Shown in pieces: positions 26,822-39,600 of a stretch of 64,000 nt of DNA (position 1 is its first letter; the number at the start of each line of letters is the position of its first letter). Origin of the DNA: Raillietiella orientalis. Its lineage: Eukaryota. The DNA is taken from NCBI GenBank assembly GCA_036172245.1, contig JAYWIR010000085.1, forward strand, positions 1 through 64,000, written 5' to 3'. Under the pieces are notes generated by a model, which saw only the letters and a program-made list of their open reading frames with translations, did no database searches and had not been told where the DNA came from. The translations under genes were made by a program, and so were the position numbers.

Positions 26822-27110
26822 TTGCGTGGCCTGCGTTGGCGGCAATGCTAAGCGTTAAGGGTTCGAATCCCCACGTGGAGGATCAATGCCCCCGTGTAAC
26901 AAGTGCGTCGTGAGTTTTGCGTTCCCCCTGTAGGATGGTGCTGGTTCGCCTGTGGTCTTCGGGTGCGGCACTGGAGGAATCTGGAAACCCGGATGCCCCC
27001 ATTTACCGGCCGGGATAGGAAGGCTGACCCTTCGGGGGTCCTCCCAGAAATCAAGGAGCCGATTTCCCATTCGTGGTACTCCTCCGGTTGTGAAAATGAA
27101 GCCACCTTCC
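26822..27110 (+). mobile_element. tRNA-derived SINE, copy A (partial)
   Basis: B-box GGTTCGAATCCC; body shared with copies B-D (tgcgtcgtg...ttccccctg.a.gatg...ctggtt...ggccggga). Confidence 0.7.
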
Positions 27111-27285
27111 AAGACTTTTGTACCATGGAAGAAGCTTTTCTAAACCCTCTGCATGAAATCCCGCCTCCTGGTAGTTCGGTCAGTTCAGCAGCACTGCAGT
27201 TCTCAACTCCTCGCTTTTCCCCTCAAATCGTTGAGCCACTTCAGGTGAAGGAAGGCGTGATAGTCACTGGGCGCAAGGCCGGAAC

Positions 27286-27863
27286 TGCAAGGTGGGTGAT
27301 CAAAAAGTTCCCATTTGAATTTCTGAATTGTCTGCAATGTGTGGGCAGCAGTCTGTGGGACCAAAAGGGTATGTTTTTGGTGGACTTAACGGAGTCTGGA
27401 GCAACCATCACTTCGCAAGTCTTCTGTGGAACACTTTCCAAACTGCGAAGTGCTATTCAGAACCAACGACGTGGTATGCTGAGATCAGAAATTGTTCTTC
27501 TTTTCTATGACAAGGCGCACCTCCCAGACAATTCAGAAATTCAAATGAGAACTTTTTGATCTTACAGTCCTGACCTCGCGTCCAGTGACTACCACGTCTT
27601 TCTGCACCCCCAGAAGTGGCTCAACGATCCGAAGGGAAAAGCGAGGAGTTGAAAACTGCAGTGCTGCTGCACTGGCCGAACTACCAGACGGCGGAATTTC
27701 ATTAAGAGGGTTAAGAAAGCATCAAAAGTGTTTGGAAAAAAATGGCAACTTCGTGGAAAACTGACATGGGGATGCGTGTGTTTCGAACCACCAATATATA
27801 TTTCAGTTTCTCTTATCTGTTCTTTCTATCCGATCGACTCTTACCTTTGAGATGCTCCTCGTG
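27286..27863 (+). mobile_element. Internally deleted mariner (Tc1/mariner) DNA transposon
   Basis: WDQKGMFLVD...TITSQVFCGTLSKLRSAIQNQRRGMLRSEIVLLFYDKA, YSPDLASSDYHVF, KCLEKNGNFVE; degenerate TIRs (ggtgggtgatcaaaaagt at left, acctttgagatgctcctcgt at right). Confidence 0.9.
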
Positions 27864-28229
27864 GAAGCAAGGCAACCACTGGTTTCTCCAGAAGAAAACT
27901 GCACTTGCTCTCCTAGTGCGTTGTATGAAGTCTGTGTAAAGGAAAAATGTATCATTTTCTTGCTCTGATGTGTTAATCAACAGCAAAAAAGTAGACAAGC
28001 ATTCATAGCAGGGATCGCCTTCTGGGTATAGTGCAGGTTTGCAACCCGAAAGGGAACGGTATTTTCTATCGAGGAAACAAGCCGGGATGGATGAAATCGC
28101 CAAAGCAGACGATGCAACTTCTGGGAGCTCTGCGACTCCTACAGACCACAATGAGCTGAGTGACTGACCCTATGATATCCACAGGGCCTTTGAAACATCT
28201 CGAACATCTCGGAAGGTCTAGTAGTCTGC

Positions 28230-28500
28230 CTCGGAGGGGAACGCAAACCTATGGGTGACTGTGGATTCACAAGGGAACTGCAAAGTATCAGTTGGCTCAG
28301 AGTGATTACCTAAGCAAGCAGCTTTGCAGTATCACACCCCATTGCGCAGTCCTCACCAGCTGCAAAGCGATTGGAGCAATAACTGTGTGTAAGTTGAAGC
28401 AGCCACTCGAGATCCTAGCCGAGCGCCTGTTGTAGGAAGTCGCATACCACATCCATACGCCATGAAGCGTATGGATGTGGTACGCGACTTCATTACCGGG
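28230..28500 (-). mobile_element. Old L1/Tx1 relic: ORF1/ORF2 junction and APE N-terminus
   Basis: ATSYNRRSARISSGCFNLHTV...GVILQ...VIT aligns with VTIYRRRIRVACWNVNGL...ALLQEIHVIT of the element at 704-925. Confidence 0.6.
28436..28491 (-). promoter_or_regulatory. 25-bp hairpin with 6-nt loop, preceded on the minus strand by TAA TGA
   Basis: gaagtcgcataccacatccatacgc-catgaa-gcgtatggatgtggtacgcgacttc; the single mismatch is a G-U wobble on the minus strand. Confidence 0.9.
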
Positions 28501-29349
28501 GGGAGGAACCCTTAGAAGGAGTCCTTCAAGTGATGTGAGGAAAGAGAAAACCAATTGCACACGTTCACCTACCGAACGCTGATCCAGGACTGTAGAGTGC
28601 TAAAGCAGGTGATGGTCTTGAAAGAGAAGGCAAGAGAGGGAATTCTAAGTGAACTCTGAAGGAAGATGGAACGTTCCCTATAAAAATTCAGAAATAAGGA
28701 GAAGGTGCGGATCGCCTTCTCCTTCGAGGAGTGCCAGAGAATTCAGGGGTGTTTGCGCAGTCGGATACTTGCTTATTGCAACATCTCTATGGTAGCCTGA
28801 GTCCTTTCGTTTAAGCAGATCACAGGTCACAATTCGCACTCCAAGGTCTCTCAGAACCAGAAAAGGAAAAGCGACTTCCTATTGATTAAGAGAGTCTTTC
28901 GTAGGACACCACTGATGCGAAGCAAAGTTCTATGGAACTTCTCAGGAGCTTCCTCCTCCAAAAGCAACCGGCGAAATCCCTTATCGAATTTGTTGCGTCT
29001 TACGAAAGCCACTGTGTTTCCGGATCCTTCAATCATCACGGATGCGATGAAACCGGTTGGCATTTCTGTGAATTAGTTTCTTCATCTTGCAGTGCATGAA
29101 TTTCGATGCGACTCCGAGAAGACTCGCAAACACGGTCATCCGTGCGTGCGATTTATAAGATGAGAGAAGAGAGATGATTTTCTTTAGAACTGTGGTTTTC
29201 TCAGATTCGAATTTGCTCCAAATAAAAGGCCCACAGAGAAGAATTCCACAAGCCAATCACGGAAAGCCGAGGATTATTATGGGTACCCTCATGCGTGTGA
29301 TCAGTCAGTCTGGAAATGCTTAGTTTATGCATCGCGACCAATGGACAAC

Positions 29350-30900
29350 AAAGAAACACTTATGCACACTTGGCGTTATTACATTCCTAGTAATGTGCGG
29401 TTTCCGACGCAAGCAAACGCACATGGAGTCACAGTATGCTGCCATTAAGTTTCGAGCGATACTCTCACGTTGCCAACGAAACCGAACCAGACGAAATGAT
29501 CAGGCAGTGGAAAGCGTGACAGCTATGAAAGCTAGTTAGAACACAGTACGTGTTCTTCTGTGAGACAGCTGGTTATGTCTTGTTCTTCCCTGTAAAGTTA
29601 GCTATGCCTTCGCTAGTCCTACTGGGGAAAATTGAGGTAGTTCGACCGTGAAGGGATTTCACTCTGTGAAAGAGGTCCCAGAGCAAGGATTCTGGAAACT
29701 TCGAGGGTTAGACAGAATTACAGCAGAAAGGCGTTACATTTCGCAGCAGAGACTTCCGTTGACCGACGTGTCCCAGCCAGAAAATGAAGGTTTGCAATCC
29801 GATCACGCAGGAGCAAAAAAGACAGCAAAGCGAGGAGGGAAGTGAACTGAAAACGGTGAGCAAAGAAGATGCACGTCACTCCCTACGGAGATGCAGTGCT
29901 CGTTCTTCAGATGGATTGAAGAGAATTCAAGCCGAGGATATCTGCACATAAAGCAGTCTTTCAAGGTCTCTCAATCTAATGGGATTTCCCACCAAAAAGC
30001 CACTAATTCAGTGACGGAAATTTCGCTCTGCTCTTCAAGCAGCCTACGAAAGGGTGCACTCTGGAACCATATGCTGATCGTGACGGAAGGGAAGAGGAAT
30101 TACGGGTGGACTGTTTTGGTGACTGAGGCTTTTTTTCAGAAGAATCGCCATCACGAAGGATGTGCCTTCCTGAATTCCTGCAGGTTTGTGAACCAATAGG
30201 ATAGGAAGTGATCTCGTCTTCCGGAGATTTTTCTTAAACGTTGGTGGAGATGCGCCTTCTAAGATGTGCCCACACTGGGAGCGATGATGGAATCCTGGAG
30301 TCGATTCTTTGATGCTCGAACCGGTGCAGAACAGTGTTGATTTCCCGGTTGCTGCAACATGGCTACCCTCAGCTCGCCGTCTAGAATGCGAGTCTAGAAT
30401 ACATCGCACCTATTCTGTATGTTCCACTCGCGGTGACAGTAGCCACACGGCCGCTAAGGCGGGAATTTTCATCGGCTTCTCGACGAGAGTCCTCTGCTAG
30501 TTGGGAATACGACAGCAGCCACATCAACGGCAACGCGTCTATACTGCGAAGTGTTCAAGGACAAAGTGATTCCATCCACAAACCACCCTGAACGAGGTGC
30601 TCATACCTCGTCTTCCATGGAAAAAATGAGAAGGCCAGAGAGGGTGTGGATGAATGAGGGATGCAAATTCCCTTTCTCGAAAAAAATGTCTGCTTAGCAT
30701 TGAACAGGTGAACCTGTCGTAGTTGCACCAGATGCTGTTCGGAATGGTAAAGTTTTCCAAAACTGATGGAGGAATTCCGATGTAGCCAGTCTTGCATGCA
30801 AGTAGCTGATGTACAGGATGTGCATCAGCGGTATTCCTGTACAGTGTTGCATGCTGCAGAAGCATGATATACTGAAGAGTTGTAAACTGGGCTTCAGTCT
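29350..30900 (+). mobile_element. Heavily decayed Ty3/gypsy-like LTR retrotransposon internal region
   Basis: Knuckle-like MCGFRRKQTHMESQ, RT-like SRGYLHI, RNase H-like PVVVAPDA...DGG..PVLHAS, in order; weak. Confidence 0.3.
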
Positions 30901-31544
30901 AAAAAAAAAAAATGTCTTCTTCGAGTCTTCGAGAAACACATCCCATTGATGTAAAGGCTCTTGCTGTCCATTTCAGGAGAAGCGAATCACCTTCACAACC
31001 AGAAGAAGTGCCACAACCACAACCTTCACAACCAGTCCAAAGAAGCGAGTCCTGATGTCCAAACTCAACAACTGGAAAGTGTTTCAGGATTCAGAACCTT
31101 TAGTTTCCGGATCTAGAAGAGCCATGTTTGCCCATCAAGAATAGGAAGAATTCATGATTTGTCAGGTCTTGAGTGGTGCACAGTGCCTTTGACCCCGTGC
31201 GGTGCAGCAACAGTCTCCCTTAGGCGCCGTGCCAGTCCACCCCCTCCACAAAACACAAGATGCGCCCCCAATTCCAGTCAGAGGGATTTCAAGAGAAAAT
31301 CAAACAGATTATACGGATTCCTGCTTTCATTGAAAGAGCACCAAGGAATAACGCGCTTTCTGCTGATCAGAAAGGACGTCTCAGCATAGATCTGTTCTGG
31401 AAGTGCCTCTGTTGTACCACACCACAGCAGGGACGGCCATATGATGCGAGGAGAAACTCAGAGGCTCGAGGTATGATGAGATCTCAAGAAAGCGGATCGG
31501 TGGCAACCCCAGAAACTGGCATGTGTTGCCAGCGTCGGAGGACA

Positions 31545-32150
31545 CGTGGTTGCGGTCTCCGAGCGTGGCACCACCAAGTGTCGAGGGTACGAATACTCGG
31601 AAAGAAACCAGACTCGACGCCAGAGAAATGGGGATGCGTCGTGGGTTGGAGTTCCCTCTGCAAGATGACTCTGGTTGACCTACATTCATTCAGGTGCGGA
31701 GGCAATGGTAGCGGCTCAAACCGGATGCCCCCAATGAGTGGCCGGGACAATGGGAGTCGATCTCCGGGTCTTTTCAAAATCAAGAGGCGATCTCTCCCAT
31801 CTCGCGGATGGACCCTCCGTCTCGTACCATGGAGCTGGTGGATTGATGATGCCTCTCCAGAGTGCAAGGAGAGGCGCTGCTCCCCTCGGGAAGCTTCCTT
31901 CTGAGAGAAATACGAAAGCATCCCTTCGGGTTCTCTTCAGAGGAGCAAAAAGGAGCGGTTCCCTTGCTCCGGAAAAGAAATTCCCAATAAGGGATTCTTT
32001 CCGGGTTCCCTTCGGAGACGAAAAAATGGAGAGGACTCCTCCGGAGAGAACAAGGAAACAGTCTTTGTAGACAACCAGGGTGGAGATGTTTCCTTCAAGG
32101 ATCCCTCCCCAGGCGTGAGAGGAGCGGAATCCTTCCTAGATACAAAGTAG
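31545..32150 (+). mobile_element. tRNA-derived SINE, copy B
   Basis: Degenerate B-box gggtacgaatac; collinear similarity with copies C and D (cccttcgggttctcttcagagga, ggttcccttgc). Confidence 0.75.
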
Positions 32151-32649
32151 ACCTTTCGGAGCAACCCCTATCTTGAAGAACCCTCGGGTGTCATGGAACA
32201 GTGTTAAACAGCTGCGTGCGCCTCCAGGTGAGCGTCGGTTCTTGAGGTACTCAGCGAACCCATCAAGGAATGCGAGGAACAATTTGGATTCAGATCAGCT
32301 CGAATGTAGGAAAGGATGCTTTCGCTTCTTTGTCCTGGGACCGAGTAAGAAGCCTCTCAGGATAAGCTGCCTGTTCTTGGGAAAGAAATCTCAACCAATC
32401 AGAAACTCAGCTGGACGAATCGAGATGGACGAGCAGATTTATAGGGGCTGGAGTACCAGGCTATTCATTTAAAAGGAATAGACACATAAACTGTACAGTA
32501 GGAGTAGGAGATCTGTTGACCCAAAACGAAAGGGGTCCGCACCTCGTTGGGGACACGACTAGAGAGAAAGTGGGGAGTAGAAAAGCAGCTTGAAGGGACA
32601 ATTCTAATGGATAAAACAATAATCAGGAGTGATGAATCGGTCTCCCAGT

Positions 32650-35450
32650 GGTGAACATGATCTGAAAGAGAAATTATGGGAACCGTGTGGGTGCTTCTGC
32701 GCGCAATGCAACGAGGCTTGCCACTGATTCATAGCGTCTTTAAGACATCGTGAAAAGCAACTGGAACACGAACACGCGAGGGATAGTGATAAAAGAGCTG
32801 CTGCTACAAACTCTCCAAAGGTACCTGAATGGTTTTGAGAGGCAAGAGCTCTCGCTCTGGAAACGGCAGAGCGGAAGTCTGGGAGTGCAGTTTGCCTCTC
32901 CGGAGTGCTTCCTATGGTGTGCAACTTTGGCAGGCACGAAGTCAAGCAAAAACTGCCTCACGCTAGCTTCGAAAGACGACCATGAAGAAAAAAATGAGCT
33001 TTCAAACTCAGCATCAGTGTTGACGCTCAGACTGTGGCAAGCTCACCTCTGCGTAGAGTCTTGTTTTCCTCAAGACCTCACAGCATTATCACCTGGCATT
33101 CCTGTTCTCGAAGAGCAAGGCAAGCATCTCCTTCCTAAATTGAGATTCACGGGTCGGAAGGGATCCCACCAACCCATTCTACGTCATTAGAAAGGTGAAA
33201 CAAGTATGCCTAAGGTCAACAAGAAAGCTCAGAGCTCACTGTGGTCCTTAATGCATCCACGCATCTTTGGTAATCTACTCCTTCCATGTTGTGTAATGCA
33301 GATCGCAATGCTCACTCCATGACAAGCAAGGACACCAAAAGCGCTTGCATCCTCTACTACCCATTTGAATGCTCCCGTTCCTTTGAGACCTCGGCCTTGA
33401 AATCAATGTAATGGCTGCAAGCCGAGGATTCCCGCACCTTCGAGAATGTGGACAGAGACCTAGCGGATGAGCAGGAAAAGCATCGATCCCAGGTAGGCTG
33501 GCAATTTCCAAGCTGTATCGAGGCCTGATGTGCGAGCCAATGGTCTCAACCAACACCTACTATGCGTTGCATGGTTGAGATATTTATCGGACGCGGGATG
33601 GAGCTCCCTCCTGATGGAGTGCCGGTTTGACAAAGAAAATTTATTGCGCAGGCATACATTATTGAATTTCGATAAAACCGAGAGCTACCAGAAGGTGAAG
33701 TTTGAGAAGATGGATCAGGCTGGCAGGCATTGCAGTTATATTATTGTGCAGTCAGCTGATACAACGCATTTCCGGAAGCCAATACATAAAACTTCCTTTC
33801 GGAAATGCTTGGAGGTTGCTCTCTTGCTTTCTCAGGTTGACGTCATTGAAGTACCTCAGAAATCGGCCAGTCGCTCTCCACCAGGGAAGAATCATCACGC
33901 AATTCCAAAGTCAGAAATCCAATTATCTACTGAGTTCCAGGATTTCATCCTCTAAGATTCACCACGGAACCTTTCTTAAGATGCTCCATGTCCTTGAGAG
34001 AAAAGTCACCTAGTGTTCTACAGCCAGGATCTTCTGGAAAGTTTGAAGACGCTTCAGTGAATCGAGAAAGCACATATGTGTTAGCTGTAGCAGCATGCCT
34101 ACTAAAGAAGGCTTGGATCACCTCACCGCTGTACCTCAAACGCTGTGTAAGTCTTGCCAGCTAGGATCAAGAGCAAAGAGGATTCCGGCTTCCATTTCCT
34201 CCAAGAACATTGAACAAAAGCACCACTTCCAACATCTTCTTTTAGCCAAGCGAATAAGTAATATGCAGAGAAGCTAAAAACGGCCACCGTAAGGATCAGA
34301 AACCAAAAAGGCCTACAGAAAGTGTTAGAAGCTTCATCCACAAAAGTGCCACAAATGATGCAAATCGTGTCCCCTTAATGGTCAAATGGCTTGTTGTGCG
34401 GTGGACTGTTATACTTGTGGACCATTAGAGGAACAATCAGTTGTCCTCCACTGCTGCTCCGCCGTTTGCCTGAAGTCATTCTTTCTTGCACACGACTCGA
34501 GCTGAATGTATCGGAGCCTGCTTCCGAGCTTGAGCCCTTTCTGATGCATCTTAGTCTTGTAAATCTCCACGTTTCCTTACGAGACCAGAGCCAAGACATC
34601 TCGTTTATTCACATTTGTTATTTGTAAGGAGTAGAAGACAGGAAGATTTCCGACCTCATCTCCGTCTCCTTCTCCTGAGAAAAATGAGATTCTCTAGGGT
34701 ACGTTCATTCGGTTCCGGTGCTCCCTGAGTTTCCGGTAAGGTTTTTATTAAGCCAATGGGAAATGCATGGCAGTCTCTGGTGGTGGTTCCATGAACTGCT
34801 GAATAGAGGGAAAAGCCCTCTGTTACCTTGATGATTATCGAAGTTTCCAAACAGTTTCTTGGGTGTCGACTTAAGATGCGGTACGGCTGGGGGGTGACCA
34901 ACGGGGATCTGTCTGATGCCTTTAGTAGATCAAGGGGAATTTTCCAAGTGGTATTGAAGATCATTTTCTTCTTCAGCTTTGCAGAACCTTGCCGTTAGCC
35001 AGGTTTTACATAATGATAGATCAAACGACAAAGGCACGCGCCGAGCCAGGTACTCATCTAGAAGGGAAGTGCATACAGTGGGGCTCTCCTTCTTTCTAGC
35101 CTCTTTCCAAGCAATTAGCTGATTTTGGAATGGACGATTTGCGTCCGATCTGATGACTGGACCACCGCGTTGGATCCATGTCCCGAAAGTACTCTGTGTT
35201 TGAGCACACCGTTTGTATCTCCTGATGTGCTTTTTCCTCCCTCTAAAAATCTCCAGTTCTTTCATTATAGAGTCATTAGCCGGATTTCATGAACCCAAGG
35301 ATCCCATGACGGTCACTCACATCATCTTGGCTCATCTGCTAGGGTATCCATCAAATGACCGGAAACATACCTTCACGGGCGACTCCGAAAAGGCCGTCAA
35401 TCAATGGTTCGCACAAGCCGAAACTCTCAATCAGGCAGTATGGGTCGAAT
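32650..35450 (+). mobile_element. I-group-like LINE relic (APE-RT-RNase H)
   Basis: WNTNTRGIVIKELL..YLNG (APE), YIKLPFGNAWR and STEFQDFIL (decayed RT motifs), LHNDRSND and LAHLLGYPSNDR (RNase H-like). Confidence 0.55.
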
Positions 35451-35759
35451 AGTGGAGATCCTCAGTGCCAAGCGGAATATCGGAGGTTCAAACCCCGGAA
35501 TTGAAACCCTACCCCCTCTTGAGAGCCTGTTGATCAGCGCTTCAGAGACGGAAACTAGACAGACTACAGAATGCTGAAGATGATTCTTCCCATCTCCCGC
35601 TGCGTTTCTTTTTCAGCCCTCCTTTACTGTTCGAGTCTTCACCGCTCAACCTTTTCCGTACTCCGAGAGTTTCTTTCGAAAGAGCACTAAAAAGACTTGG
35701 TCGTCTTTAATCACTTTTCACTGCTTTTTAATGGTTCGGGATAACTGTAAGAACGTAAG

Positions 35760-37460
35760 CAGATCAAGAGATCCCAGTCTCCAGACTACTCTTCTTAATC
35801 TTCCAGTCTGAACCGCCAGATTGGGTGCATGACTTCCTGATATCTGCGGATGACTTGTAGACTTGAATGTGCATTCCAATTCCAAATCCGGATCTATCTG
35901 AAATCACTGCAGCGCTCCCCACGGAACGCTGACCATGATCCCTGGCATTATCATCTCTCCGAGGAGGTAAGCGGCCAGGCAGCACTTCCTCGGAGTTCAC
36001 TTCTGACGATAAATCCGAGTATGATCCGACCCTTGGGCATGCTCCGAGCAGCAAACCGGTTTTACATTTTTTAGAGGAGGGAAGAACTGGTTTGCTGCTC
36101 AAAGCATTTCTTGCTTCCTCATCCTCAGCTTGCGGAGGAAAAAAAAGGGGAGCGGGGAAATGAAATTATCCATTCGATGAACTTCATTAAGCGAAGACGA
36201 TCTCTTGAACCTATAAGGGATCGAGAAGCTTTTCCAGTATAGGCCGCTCTCTCAAATGGGCATCCTGAAGGAGTATGACGGATTAATGAGGCAGGAATTC
36301 CTTTTGCGGTCTTTAGAAGCACCCTTCAAAGAAAACCAACCCTCGATCAGTCTCGTTTTTTCATCTGGAACTAATTTATTTAGGTACTGTACTGTTTTCC
36401 CAACTTCCCGGCATCTTTACTCGACGTTGTATTAGGTATGGTCATCCATCGAGTGAAAAACTGGCTTGGCATCGGATCGGATCGGGTCGTGAGCGACTCC
36501 CCCTCCATAGCAGACTCCCGGATTGACAGAATCCTCGAAAGCCAGGCTTTTTTTCCTGTACACTTCAAAATGCACATCTGAACTTCTCTATTAATCAATT
36601 CTTGATGCTTGAAGCGGATCGATCTATAAGGATCTTTCCTCTCCTCCAATAAAGGGACCGTCGTGCTTCACCCGATCCAATATTCATGTGGTCTCGTACT
36701 AAGATTCATCCATTTCCGTGTTTTGCTCTCTTATGGTTTGCAAGTTTCCAGTTTCTCCTTTTTTTTTTTACTTTTTGCTTCGTTTCCAAGTGACTGATCT
36801 TGTATTCATGCCAGAGAGTTTGCATCTCTTGCCCTTGGGAACTCTTCCATAAATCTTTCCCAAGTGGATTCAAAACCGGAAGTCTTCTCAGACGGAGCGG
36901 TTCGAAGTAGTATCCCGAACGACCTCCGGACACCCTTCGCGGTGCGAGTGAAGGGTATCAACGGTCAGCTTTTGAAAGATGCATAGAGAATCTGAGGTAC
37001 TCTAGGATAAGCCCCTTCGGCTGTTCCCTTGTCGCGTGCACCTCTTTCTTTCTCTCCCATTCCCGACCATTTCACGGAGGACCAGCAGAATCGGTTTGGA
37101 TATTCGTTCCCTGCTGCCTGTGCTGAGAATGTCACCAGGCGCCGGAGATTCTCCTTTTCTTTTCCTTGGAAACCACGAGGTCTCCAAAGATGCTCTTTTC
37201 CCTCGACCGAGTGTTCCATCTCCTAGTGGAGTTGCACCACTACCCCACAAGCTCATCTTCCCAACAAGAACGCCATCTCGGTCTACAGTCCATGACTGTG
37301 CTCTTGCAAATGTTCTGTGCCTCGTTCCAGAGGCTGTTTGTAGCATATTCTCGATTCTGTCAAGTCTAGCATTGCGATACATTAGGATGGCAATAAAAAG
37401 AAACCTGAAGATCCTTCGTTGCAGTGTCACGGACTGTGCAACTCGAGCTGCCAAAGCAAT
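35760..37460 (-). mobile_element. APE-type LINE relic (R1/LOA-like)
   Basis: SLWGSGATP (APE), EVQMCILKCTGKKA...GKLGK (RT start), GACPRVGS and RDDN (RT core remnants). Confidence 0.5.
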
Positions 37461-38429
37461 GCATACCCTCTTTTAGAAGGCAGCAGTCCTTTAACGCAGC
37501 TTTCTGCCTTCCATAGAGCTCAGAGATGAGGGGATAGTATCCGGAGAGCTTAAGACTGATGGACCCTGATTCAGGAAAACAAGAAATGCCTAGAGAGGAA
37601 GATGGTACTCATGGCATGCATTGTTCCATTTCTTTTTTATTTGGTGTTTCGGCTGCTTTTTAATTCTCCCTGCAGGCAAGCAGTACGCTTCTTCCTTCCC
37701 TGGGGGCAGGGGAGGACGAAGCCGTACTCGGCTCCTTACTCCGTACTTGGCCTCTGCGAGTGAGAGCGTGCACTTCCCAAGGGGGGGTGGCTACGGCCTC
37801 CCACCCTGCAGCACGTCCCCTGTGGCGGTGGAGGCACCTCGCCGAGACCCTCTACTGCCGGAGCGGTCTGGGGTCTCTTCCCGCCGCCGGATAGGGGAGG
37901 GAAGAGGGGGAGTGGGAGGGAAGAAGAAGGGAGGAAAGAGGGGACGCTTCCCTGAGGCCGTCTTCGCGGGACGGCGGTCGCTGTCCTCCTGCCCGCCGGC
38001 ACTCCGCGGCGGGAGGGCCCTGTCTTGCATGCCAAGGGGGAAACTCAGGGTTTCCGGCCTTACGAGAAGAGGGAGGGAGGGGGAAGGGGAAGAGGCGGCG
38101 TGCAGGCGTTTCCAGGGACCCTGGAACCGTCCATCCTTACGAGGTATGCGGTGCTCGCTATCCACCTTGGTGGAAGTTTGCTTGAACAGTCTCAACAAGT
38201 CAATGCCATCGAAGATAAACGCCATCACCTGCTCTTTCTATTAGTCGATGATTGGTCTGTTGGAGGATGGGGCAAAGCTCTCGCGTCCTTCATTCTTGAT
38301 CCAAGCGGGAGCTGAGGATTCTCTTTTTTTTGGTTCTCCACGTGCTGAAGAACCGTTCACCTCCTTAGGAGGGAACTCGCGAAGCTCTTTGGCGCTGTCC
38401 ACCCCACATGAGGGTGAGTGTAACTCTTC

Positions 38430-39020
38430 GAGTTAGGGAATAACCCCGGAGGGACCACCCTGTGAATCCAGGAAGGCTCTGGAGGAAGGAGTCCGTTCCT
38501 CCTACTCCTGGTAGAGGAATCCCGAAGGGAACCCTCGCCCTGGTTGTCTTGAAGGGAACCCATAAAAAAGAATGCGCTCTTAGAATTTCTCCCCCGTAGA
38601 ATTTTTGCAAGGGAACCACTCCGTTCCCTCCTCCTCTGAAGAGAACCCCGAAGGGACGCTCCCCAATTTCTCCGCAGGAAGCAGCGCGCTTTTTGTCACT
38701 CTAGAGAGGTATCAATCGGCCAGCTCCATGGCAGGGCTCCATTTTTCTAGCAAGACAGAAAACTCGAAGGGAACCGGCGTTCCTTAATTTCTGGAAGGAA
38801 CCAGAGAGTCAACTTCTAATCCAGGACAGACAGCGGGAGCTCCCAGTTTCCGGCTTCCATCGGCGCTGCACCCGAAGTCTATCGGCCAACCAGAGTCATC
38901 CTGCGGGGGGAAGGTTACTCGAAACCCACGACTCACCCATTTCTCGCCCTCTATCCTTTACGGGTATTCGAATCTGCAACACTTGGTACCGCGTGCAGCC
39001 CCAAGGCCGACAACGCGGGC
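38430..39020 (-). mobile_element. tRNA-derived SINE, copy C
   Basis: B-box-like GATTCGAATACC on the minus strand; extensive identity with 43795-44415. Confidence 0.8.
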
Positions 39021-39084
39021 CTGGATCGCGCTCGCTACCTTCGGCGACCACGGACCACGGCTAAGGCGTGAGGCTTGATGACCA

Positions 39085-39600
39085 ACTGTGGCCAACGTTC
39101 TTCCAGTAGGAAAGCAATTGCAAATCCGTAAGCATTCGATATCTCCTCACACTCTTAGAGATGGGAAAACTTGGATATACAAGAGCGCAGCACATTCAAA
39201 GGTGGCAGCACTCGCACTGACTCTCTTTTCGAGGTCAGTGCTTTCGCCTCGACCAAATGGAAAAGCTCGTCAGATCTCCAAGACAATGTTTCCAAATTCT
39301 GAGTCGTTCTGGTCTATATTTCCCTACTGATTTTAAGATGCGAAGCTGCGAAGCCTCGGTCCAAGAGTTCATCACTTTGGCTTTCTTGTTGGCTTTCTTC
39401 GTTCTAGAGGATTTTCGGCATTTCTGTTTGAGATGTAAAGGCAGTGCAAACAAATCCCAATTTCTTCATGCGTGAGCCTATGGGGAGATTTTTTCGCTGA
39501 GCCACAAAATAAGGTGGAAAGAACGTGGACGTCTGAAAGGATCAAAGAAAAGCAAGGAAAATGGAATTCTGCAAGAATTTTTTTTAGAAGGGTTGTAAGA
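39085..39600 (+). mobile_element. L1/Tx1 ORF2 C-terminal relic
   Basis: ANVLPVGKQLQIRKHSISP followed by a hydrophobic helix, resembling the zf-RVT region. Confidence 0.4.

Noticed and set aside
26855..26875. Functional tRNA genes at the GGTTCGAATCC motifs (also ~44365 and ~53575)
   Set aside because: No complete cloverleaf; the first two continue into the shared SINE body, and the third looks like an isolated head.
28436..28491. Stand-alone microRNA precursor
   Set aside because: Size fits, but its position at tandem stops before an APE-like frame is better explained as a retrotransposon junction element; not excluded without small-RNA data.
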